From positions 7,068,001 to 7,132,000 of the forward strand of contig CP158635.1 of NCBI GenBank assembly GCA_050273025.1: DNA of 64,000 bases. Reading direction: 5' to 3'. Source of the stretch: Cenococcum geophilum (Eukaryota). The notes beneath the pieces are model-generated. The model worked only from the letters and a program-made list of their open reading frames with translations. It was not told the DNA's origin and ran no database searches. This document shows positions 39,901 to 50,210 of the stretch, piece after piece. Each line of letters begins with the position of its first letter. Position 1 is the first letter of the stretch. Position numbers and translations under genes: made by a program.

Positions 39901-42900
39901 AACTAAGGCATACCTAATACTGCCTCGTCCCGTCCCAATAGTAGGATATTAAAAGACATCTCGATTTATTTTCCTTTAATAGTTATCTAAATAGGTCCTG
40001 TTTTAAGATTAATAATCCTTCCTCTATAGGTTATTGGATCTCCTAAAATTATAACTAATAGGTAAGGTTGCTCCTTTTGTCTGTGAGGTAGCCCCATTCT
40101 TTTAACTACTGCTAGTGAGATATAGTTTCGCGTTACTCTACTATCTATTAGTGCTTTAAACTACTAATCTTACTAATTAATCCGTAAATTTAGGTGTTGT
40201 CTTTAAATTCCTTTAAGGGTCTAAGGCTCTACTACTGGCTCCCTCTAGTTCTATAGGCCTCTACTTTTTCTAACTATTAGCTGCTTAATCCTAGTGCACT
40301 TAGCTTGCTCTTTAGCTAATACCTAGTTTGCTTTTTATCTTCTATATACTATAGACATATATTTTTTAGGTATTTCTACCACTATTATCTATCTAAGCAT
40401 TCTTCTATAAGGAATCTTCCTAGTTAAAGTACTAAACTTCCTTCCTCTTGGATTTCTATTAGATGCCATTTATATATATATTTAGCATTCCTATACTATT
40501 GCTTATCCGTTATCTAATATATCCTTATAGGGTATTTCTAATTCTTCTCTTTTGGATTCTTATGTATTTCGTATATATCGTCCACGCACGCAATCTATAA
40601 TATTATGTGGTGTACTAGGTGCTTTAGGTTAACTCTTAGCTTGTCTTTATCCCTAAGTTTAAACCTTTATTATATTAATCTAAACGTTATAACTTTATTT
40701 ATAGGTACTAAGATGCGTCTCTTGCTTCTCTAGTCCTCTAAACGTTTCTCTAAATCCTTTAACGTTATAATTAAGGCTCCTTTAATATACGTTATGGCCT
40801 TCTCTATAATTGGGTGGTCCTAAATAACTTTTTTATCCAACTATATATAGAAATCTTCCCACTTATTATTGTGCCTTTGCCTATACTACTTTTAGTATAG
40901 CTACTAGAGTGTATATAGTCTGTCTGTAAGGAAGTATCTTCTTATTACTGCATTGTGACAGCCCTTTATATATCGTTCCTCGAACCTAGTTAGAATCCCT
41001 AGATCCTCTTTATCTTCTAGTTTAGTAAGCCACTTAGCTCTTAATATACCTACTCTCGGCCTATTAGTAATTCTTTATACTAGTGCTCTGTCCTTTATAC
41101 GTCCTAATATGCTAGATCTCTTATTTAGTTTCTGTTCTTGCTATGTAATAATTCTTTACCTAAACTCTTTTATAGTTTCTTTTAGTTTACGCCTTGCGCT
41201 CTAATCCTTAAAGTTATCTTACTTTTTAATCCTAATATTGGTTTTTTAATCTTTAGTCTAAACACTTTATTTAACTAGTAAATCCTCTAGGTTTATATAT
41301 TTATCTCCTAATCTAATTACTGTTTATGCTACAGATTCTCTAATCTGTAAAGAAGCCCCTTGCCTCTTATCTGTGGGTATCCTAATTCGCACTTTAAATT
41401 CTTAACCCCTTAGGTTCTTTAATCCTAAGCTTGCTTCTAACTTAAGCTTAGCTCTAGCCTTAGTCTAACTAGGCTTACTTAGTATTCTTATCTTATCTTA
41501 AGAGTCTTAAATCTCACTTATCTCGTCTTAAGAATCTTATGCCGTTAGGAATTCTTATCCCGAGCTTATTTGTATATCTTTAAACTAAGCTGCTGCTCTA
41601 CTCTATCGGTTTCTATCTGTTATAGGTCCTTAAGCTTGCCTTATCTTATCTTAAGAATCTTAGTCGTCTCTTATCTCGCTATAAGAATCTTAAGCCTTTG
41701 GCCTTTTGCCTTTATTAAGTGCTGAAGTAGTTTACTGTCTTACTTCTCTTATATCTCGTAAAGCGATAGATATTATATCTAGTAGGGTTTTAATCCCTAC
41801 TAATGTTCCTTGTTCTATAATAGAATCATCCTCTACCTCTAGTATAATATCTTTAAGGTCTACTTACTCCTAGTAAGCAGCCCTTATTACCTTATTGTTA
41901 TAAAATATTTCGCCTAGGTCGAATTTATTGTCCTTAATATCCAATCTGCGAACTAGTTCGTTAGTTCCTCTATATCCTATAGGTACTAGCTCTTATAGCT
42001 AATAGCTTGCGCTGTACTTAGCGTCCTTATAAATTTGGCATGCGTTATTGTAATAAAACGCAAAACTTTTAATTAAACACTCTTTTATTCCTTATAGTAC
42101 ATTGTTATCCCTTTATACGTATATATCGTCTACTAGTCTTATACCTTTTACTATATAGTGACTTTACCTACTTCTATAGTCTCTAATATAATAACCCTGT
42201 TTTCCGCAATTTATGTAAGCTCCTTCTTTAAACTATTTCTCTTACTATAAAATCCGCCTAAATATCTTCTGCTATTAAGATCCCTAATTTGGCCTCTGCT
42301 CCTTAGACCTTTAATTATTTAATCCTTATCCTCTAGGTTTCTATAGTTTGCTCTATTTCTTATAGGCTTCTTTAGTACTACTTAGGTTTATTAGCTCTGC
42401 GCCGTACTATAGTTTCTAACTTAGCTTTTATTGTTGTATACTCTACGCCTTATATAACTATAGAACTCTATTTTAGCCTCTCTTAGCCTGTTCCCTTTAG
42501 TAGATTTAATTATTAATCTTAATTGCCTAATCTATTAGTTCCCTTAGGGTATCCGCATCTTCTATTAGGATAATTGCGTCCTAGACTTTAGCCTTAAGTC
42601 CCTGTTTATACTATGCTATAAGCGCCTTATTATTCTACTTTACTTATATTACTAGTATCTAGAACTATATTATATACTTAATTGCTAAAGTTCGTTATAT
42701 AAGGTTCTGGAGTTTTCTTTTTGCTATAGTTATTTCTTCTAGGTCTCTAAATATCTATATTAGTTATTCTGCGAATTCTTCCTAACTTAAGAATATAAAT
42801 CGCACGTCTTAGTTAGTGGTTGTTATTCCGTTTGCCTATATCTCTATAAGGTAAGATTTAAACTACTTAAGTGCTTTTCCTAATAAGAATAGTCCTGTAT

Positions 42901-43263
42901 AGGCTATCCAATCTATAGATATAGGTAACTTTGCTCCCTCCTATAAGACCTTAAAATGTATCTATATAAGGAATCCTTTAAGCTTTAACCTCTCTCCTAT
43001 AAATCTCTTAATTAATAGTAGCTTAATCTTTGCTGCTCCTATCCCGTTAAGTCTTTCTTCTAATACTATATTGTTAGCTATTAGCTAGTTAACTATTTCC
43101 TATAGCTGTCTGACCGTCATAGGTTGCTATAAGTCAGTATCCGCTATACTGGTGTTACCTCCTGTCCCTAAAGTAGTTGCTACCGTCGATGGTGTTGTGG
43201 TGGCTGCTTTTGGTGGCATGTTATTTGACTTCTTATATTAATACCGTAACTAGGTAGTAATTA

Positions 43264-43688
43264 TGTAACGGAACCTTGTAGTAAGAACTACGGTGGGCTT
43301 ATTATTGGGCTAGGTGTATAGGAAATATAAGTATAAAAGTTAACAACGTAATAATAACTAGTGGAGTGGTTGCCTAATAGATTAACTCTAATTGTATTCT
43401 AAGAATTACTATAAAGAAGGAACTATCTAGGTAGGGACTAAGGGTCCTTAAATACATAACTGTACTCCTATGAAATCCTTCTTATACGTGATGTACGTCT
43501 TATACGTAAGGTACGTGAGTTCCTCTCGTTCCTCTTGTTTAATACGTAGCATATTATATGACCTTGGTTACCATTCCTCGTTATATAGTTCTATCGGCTC
43601 CATTCCGGACCGTGCCTAAATTAACTAACTAGCTTCTTCTGTCTCTTCTCTAAGTAGTTATAATATCGTACTTAAAGCGTCCGTAATA
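43264..43688. repeat. 5' LTR of Gypsy element 1
   Basis: Starts TGTAACGGAACC, ends CCGTAATA (RIP of ...CA), followed by the CTTTT TSD. Confidence 0.95.
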
Positions 43689-43749
43689 CTTTTAAAAAAA
43701 ATATAGTATTATAAATATCTAAAGAGGAAGAAAAAGAGAAGTAAAGGTT

Positions 43750-46700
43750 TATTATAAGACTTACTTTACTATTAATAAGCTAAGGCGCTAGACCTAACCT
43801 AATATATATAATCTTATAGGCTAATTATATTACGCTAGAATAGACCTTTACCTCTTTATATAAGCCTTATAATATTTTTAGCACCCCCTTTAGCAACTTA
43901 TATAAACTTATTAGCTAATTAAAACGCCCTATAGGTTAATTAGTATACTATAACAGGAACTAATAGCTTATCTATATTTCCTATTTAGAATATATAATCC
44001 CTACGCTAACTTAGGATATAACCGCTTACTCCCTAGTTTTTACGTCTACTATGCCTTAGCTATACCCTAGGATCCCTACACCAACTTATATAAACTTATT
44101 AGCTAATTAGGTCGCATTAAATGGCCTACCTATTTATAGCTCTATATAAGAAATTTTCTTATTCCTTTAGTATTACCTTTCTAACACGCTCGGCCTTTAT
44201 TCTTAGGGTAAATATAAGCGCTATATCTAGCTATATTTTTATAACTCTAGTTATACTACAGATATCCGGCTATAGGCCTATTTTAATACCTAGCTAAATA
44301 TAACTATTCTATAGTGCCTTACTACTATACTATCTAAGAAACGGAACCCTTTTATTGCCCTCTATTAAACCGTAAGGAAATAGCTTTAGGCTTAGCCCAT
44401 AACGGCCCTATCGCGGATTATCTTAAACCTATAAATGCGGCTTATCTTAAAGGCTAGTGCTAATTAGCGCTATAAGAACCTCCTAATAAGCAATAAGGTG
44501 GCCGTTATTATACCAGATAAGTACGATAATACTAGCTTCTGCGATATTATGCTTATAGAGCGTTATACACCTAATAAGCGGCCGCGGTACTATTATATTA
44601 ACCTAATGTATACCGCATATATACCGCTCCACTATATACTACTCTTCCCTCGCGGTAATACTAGCTAGCACTAGGGTCTCTAGCTACGCAACTCTAATTA
44701 AGTCTGCTAGTAAGACTGTTTAACCTAGCGGGTATACTTTTGGTTCTACTTATACATCTATAATAACTCTAGGTTAGTTCCTTTTACCTACTACTAGCTA
44801 TTTTAGCAGTATATTATAGATATATAGGCGCTATATAATTAAAATAAGCTTACCTAGATCCGCTCTAACTAAACAACCCTCCGCGTAAAGCTGTATAATA
44901 GCGTTATAGACACTTTTACCCGCTATAATCTAGACCCTAGATTATTAGGCCGCCGCGTAATCCTTCTATTAAGTTTCCTTAATAGAAATTGCTTTATTAG
45001 GCAATACTATTAGGATTTAATAGCTATTATCCGTAAATACGGCCGTCTAAGTATATTTCTTATATTTATTACTAACCCTAAATGGGACGAGATTACCCGT
45101 AAGCTACTACCTAGCTAGACCGCTACAGATAGGCCTAATCTGGTTATGCGCGTCTTCCGTATAAAACTTATCTACCTCTTTTATAACCTAAAACGGAAAT
45201 AGATCTTCGGCCAGTACTATAGCTCTATTTAGACTATTAAGTACCAGAAATAGGGCCTGCCCTATCTATACCTACTACTCTTTCTATATCTATATAACCG
45301 CAATAGGCTGCTAAACCTAGCTATTATTAACCGTTTTATATCTACCGAGCTTCCATAGCTAAAGGATAATCCTACTAGCCGTCTTACTAAAATTGTAAAG
45401 TTAATAATAGTTTACGGCCTTTACGGCCTCTAGAATCCGTGGGCTCCCTATATAGTTACGCTAAGGCTAAACCTTCCGCTAACCTACTTAAAACGGTACC
45501 CTAGGCCTTTTAACCCTACTACTATTATATATAAGGACAGCTATCTAAAATACCGCCGTCGTAATAATTTATAGTCGTAGTCTATCTGTTTACTAGGGGG
45601 AGCTATATTTAAAATAGATAACTACTAGATTATTCTATACTCTCTATATCTAACCATAAAGTATTATACGCATATAAATATTAAGGTTTGCGCCTCTATA
45701 AAGTCTATTAAGTATATCCACAAGTATATATATAAGGGGAGCGACTATACTACTTTACGGCTTACGAACGGCGATAAGGTAAGCCAGTATTTACAGGGCT
45801 GTTATATTGGCCCGTCTAAGGCTATCTAGCGGCTATTTAAGTTTCCTATTTATAAGGAGTACCCCCCTATAATCTAGCTTGCGGTGCACCTTCTAGGTAA
45901 GCAGCCCGTATACTTTTAGCCCAATTAGTCTACTAAGGAGATTTAACAGCGCCTTAAGCTCTCCTACTCTACCTTAACGGCCTTCTTTAAGTATAACGCC
46001 GAGTATAAAAATAACCATAACTAGCTATATTAAGACTTCCCTAAGTAGCATATCTTTAATGCAAAGCGCTAGGAGTAGCGTTCTCGCTAGCAAGGTACTG
46101 TAATAGGCCGTATATATTATTGCAGCCCTATTATAAGGGAGAGGTTCTACTTACAACTGCTACTAATATCTGTTTTTAGCCCTACCTCCTTTAAAGACCT
46201 CTGTACTATTACTAGTATGGTTTATCTAACCTTTTAAGCCGCCTATATAGCCCTAGGGCTGCTAAAGGATAACTATAAGTAAATTAATTACTTAACGGAG
46301 GTCGCCGTTTTTGCCGTTAGTGCCTAGCTACGCTCCTTATTTATAACCGCTTTAATTTACAGCCCTATTATAGAGCTAGTTACTTTATAGGACCGCTTTA
46401 AACAGTTTATCTATAATAATCTGCCTTACTTTTTAACCTGCTAACCTAATACTCCTCTTATAGTTGCTAAGGACAATAACGCCTATCTTAATTACGGCTT
46501 ATACCTTATCTATTAGATACTTACAGATTACTAAAAAACGCTTACGGACTATAGCCTGCCCTAGTTTTAGCACTAGTAGAGTATTCTTATAAAGGGAAGT
46601 AACCCGCTTCTTATAGCAAAGCTATAGTAATATAACCGTATAGAGGAAGAACGCTAGTTTACTAAGCTACGCTAGCAGCTAAATACAGATTAGGTAGCGT

Positions 46701-48055
46701 GCTTTAATACTATTATTGCCGCTATAGATACGGATCCGTAAACCGCCTGCTTTTTTCTCTAAGGCCCTATAAGCACTAATAAAACATTTCTCTATTACTA
46801 CCTTTACTACTACTACCGCTTGCATAATAAGATTATTCTTTATATAGCTTCTTCTAGTATTGCGGCCCTCCTACTACTTAACAGCCGTACTACCCACTCC
46901 CGTTTTTAGATACCTTTCAATCTATATAAAGAGTCTACTTACAATATCTCCAAAAAGTTAAATCTCGTTAAGCTTCTACGCCGTACCTCTTTGCTTATTT
47001 AGAATAAGATACTAATACAGCACCGTTACTACTTTAAAGCCGTATACTATATACTTACTAACGTCCGTTCTAACAACTCTATCTTTAGCGGACTCCCTAC
47101 TATCCTAAGCGGTGACTTTACTTAAATACTACCTATTATCCTATAGGGGAACCACGCAGCTATTATAGGTGCCTACCTACAGCGGTTATTCCTCTAGCCT
47201 ACCTTCCGTATACTATCCCTACGGTTAAATATACGTATCCGCTAGGGTAAGATAAATTAGCGGTTCGCAGCTTAGGTATAAGCCTTATCCTATAATCTAG
47301 CCCTAGCTAGTAGTATTAATATCCCGCCTAGTATAGCCCTATTACAGTCCTAGGAACCCTTTTACGGCTATATATACCCTTTATAACTACTTACTCACGT
47401 ATATACTACTCCCAATACCTTCCGCAATCGCGCTATTTTAACTATTTATAATAATACTATAGCTAAGATTAACGAGGCTATCCTTACGCGGCTCTGCGGC
47501 TCCCTAAGCACCTTTTATTCTACGGACTCTATAGAGTAAAATAGAGAAGAAGATTATATAGAACTACCGCTGGCAGAGCTCCTACAGACATTTAACCCTA
47601 ATAGCCTGCCTCTATTAAAGCTTTCCCTAAAGATAGGCGCGCCTATAATCCTTTTACGGAACCTCTACCCCAAAAAAGGGCTCTATAATAACACCTATAT
47701 AATTATTACACGCCTAGGCCGCCACTGTATTAAAGCTTAGATGCTTAGCGGCAGCTTTTATAGGCAGCTATGGCTAATCCCTTATATTAAGCTTACCTCT
47801 ATAGAGGGAGAACTGCCGTTTATTATTAGTAGAAGGCAGTTTCTAATCTGGCTATGCTTTGCTATAACCGTAAATAAGTTATAGGGCTAGTCCTTTAACT
47901 TTATAGGCGTTAATTTACGGATACTAGTTTTTACCTACGGTTAGCTCTATATTACCCTATCTTAGGTTACTACTATAAATAATATTTTAGTACTGCTTCC
48001 CCTAAATTAAATAAAGATAGACAATATTATCTATCTAGAAGTCTTACTTTCGTAA
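43750..48055 (+). pseudogene. Helitron Rep (HUH endonuclease)-Pif1 helicase gene, RIP-mutated
   Basis: De-RIPed YMPLHYVLLFPRG, FTANPKWDEI, IEYQKRGLPHLH (HUH), KYIHKYIYKG, FFLQGPAGTGKT (Walker A), GGDF, RQFP..CFAMTVNKSQGQ, HGQLYVALSR, NIVYPEVL*. Confidence 0.93.
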
Positions 48056-48199
48056 TAAGGTATATAATTTTATTATACAACTACTTCTATAACTGCCCTA
48101 TAGGGCCAGCAAAACCTTTATAACTGCCCCGTAGGGCCCAATAAACCCCCCCTTTTTCCTCCCTTCCTACTCCCCCCCCTTTAACCCCCCTCCCCTACT

Positions 48200-49340
48200 C
48201 TAACTCCTCCTCTAACTCCTCCTTAAGCACAGCCGCCAAACAGCAGAGCAGCCCCGTAATCCGCCCGCGCCACCCAAGACGGGGGCGGACGCGGGTAGGC
48301 GGGGCCTCCTCTTCCTCCTCATCGTCGTTATCGGCGGCAGCAGCGGGAGGCGCTAAGGCGCGGAAGGAAGCGCGGCCGCGGCTAACCGGCAGGGTAGTGG
48401 CCGTAGCGGCGGTGGCTGCGCCAGGGGCAGACGCTATTATCTCTATCAGTTATGCTTTTTACCGTTTACGTTACTAACTTATAGGCCTGGAAGGAGCAGC
48501 GCGCCCCTTCGCTGCTATAGTGGCAGTTAGCACAGCTGCCGCGCAGCTAGCCCGCGACTAGCACACACTCCGTAAATAGGCCTCCGCCCCACACGCACGA
48601 CGCACAAGCCTGCGGGGCTATTATACCCCGGCTTTACGCCAGGGCTGCCTCCGTATTTAGGGCCCTGGCCTTAAGGCGGACCCCCTAGTAGACCCCGGAA
48701 GCTCCACCTAAGCCAGGTACCTACTGCAGAGACACACCCTAAACGCGCGGCAGGGGACGTAGCGCCCGCATTATAGCCGTGTTAGCGGTGGCGGCTTCGG
48801 CGGCGGCGGCGAGCGCGGTAGGCAAGGGATTCTGGGGCGGGAGGGCGGCGGGCTAATTAATGGCCGTAAAGCTGGGCGGGAGGGGAGCAGCGGCAGCGGG
48901 AGCAGCAGCGGCGGTGGGAGTGGGAGTGGGAGTAGCGGCGGCGGTAGGAGCGGGAGCAGCGGCAGCGGAGGCAGCGGGGAGGGGCCTGGCGGCAGCAGCA
49001 GCTGCAGCAGCTATTCACATGTCAGTATCTTCTCAAATTCTCAAATTCTTTTATAGTACTAATACTTACCAGCACGCTCATCTGCTGGGACCGAAGTCCC
49101 ACGCGTAGGTACCCCAGCCTAAGACGGCGGCGGTAGGGACGAGAAGCGGCGGCCGGGCGCGGACATGGCGGCGGCAGCAGCGGTAGTAACGGTGGTAGTA
49201 GTAGTAGTAGTAGCGGCAGCGGTGGCAGCAGTAGCAGGAGCAGGAGCAGAAGACGCAGCAGCAGCAGCAGCGGCAGTGGTGATGGTGGTGGTAATAGTGC
49301 TGTTGCTTAAGGAAGAAGAAGACGACAACAACGACGACGT
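48200..49340 (-). pseudogene. DUF3716-like Cys-rich gene with Ala/Pro low-complexity N-terminus, convergent with RepHel
   Basis: 48485-48660 reads NTEAALA*SRG..APQACASC..GGGLFTECV...*LRGSCANCHYSSEGARCSF, with stops at RIP-type CAA/CAG positions. Confidence 0.7.
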
Positions 49341-49433
49341 AAATAGCTATTGTTAATATACATCACGTAATCAATTATGTAAATCTATATCACGCGATTA
49401 TTACGTAAAGGCAGCCTTATATCACCACCACGA

Positions 49434-49500
49434 CAGTAGTAGGGCAGTAGTAGGGCAGTAGTAGGGCAGTAGCAGGGCAGTAATAGGGCAGCAGTAGGGC
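49434..49500. repeat. 11-bp tandem repeat (AGGGCAGTAGT) x6
   Basis: Directly visible. Confidence 0.9.
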
Positions 49501-49536
49501 AGACTAAGTTTAAAGGCCAAAAGCCCGCCGCAGGCG

Positions 49537-49629
49537 CGAGAAATCCGTTAAATTTCTCTAAGGAACCAAATTACTGGCTATAAGTCAGTAATTTGGAAAA
49601 TTTCCTTGGAAAATTTAACGGATTTCTTG
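49537..49629. repeat. ~93-bp foldback palindrome
   Basis: GAAATCCGTTAAATTT pairs with AAATTTAACGGATTTC; inner CCAAATTACTG pairs with CAGTAATTTGG. Confidence 0.88.
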
Positions 49630-49631
49630 TA

Positions 49632-49875
49632 CAACTACACTGCAATAACCAAGACGTCTTAATGCAGAACTATACTAGTAACCGAGACGTCTTAATATAG
49701 GACTGCACTGTAGTAACCAAAACGCCTTAATATACGACTGCACTATAGTAACTAAAACGCCTTAATATAGGACTGTACTGCATTAACTAAGACGCCTTAA
49801 CGTAGGACTATACTACAGCGACCAAGACGTCTTAATATAGGACCGTACTACAGTAATTAAGACGCCTTAATATAG
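49632..49875. repeat. 35-bp tandem array x7 (consensus GACTGCACTGYAGTAACCAAGACGYCTTAATATAG)
   Basis: Seven head-to-tail units varying mostly by transitions. Confidence 0.9.
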
Positions 49876-50210
49876 GAATAGAGCCCGTTTAGGTGTTGTA
49901 AATTCAGAGCAACATTACGCGACCGCCCAGAAGTACCAATCGAACTCAAATTATGTACCTTTTCGCCCAAAATCGCGTGCGAAAGTACTCGGGGGCGGTC
50001 GCTGCGCGACCTCGTGCGGGGTTCGGGGGCGTTATCAGCAGGGGTGGCCCTAACCTCGTATTAACCCGGGTCGTAACCGCGCCAAATCAGCCCCCCCGAT
50101 ATGTGATAGTTCATAGAGTTCCCAAAGGTTATTCCCGAGAGAGTTATTAACTCCAGCGTTACTACCTCCTTTCGCATAAAATATCGATGACATAAAAGCG
50201 GTCAACTGAC

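Larger units (their letters stand above)
35738..43688 (-). mobile_element. Full-length Ty3/Gypsy chromovirus LTR retrotransposon 1 (RIP-mutated)
   Basis: 425-bp LTRs at 35738-36162 and 43264-43688; CTTTT TSD on both sides; PPT at 36163-36180; gag ATG at 43219; de-RIPed YLDDIIIY (RT, ~39165-39190), RNase H, integrase and chromodomain (YKVKW.GY..TTWEP, ~36940-37000). Confidence 0.95.

Noticed and set aside
48860..49356. Poly-Ala/Val ORFs on the plus strand
   Set aside because: Antisense of the low-complexity N-terminal part of the DUF3716 gene
49632..49875. 35-bp repeat array as a CRISPR array
   Set aside because: Units are head-to-tail without unique spacers; eukaryotic context; no cas genes
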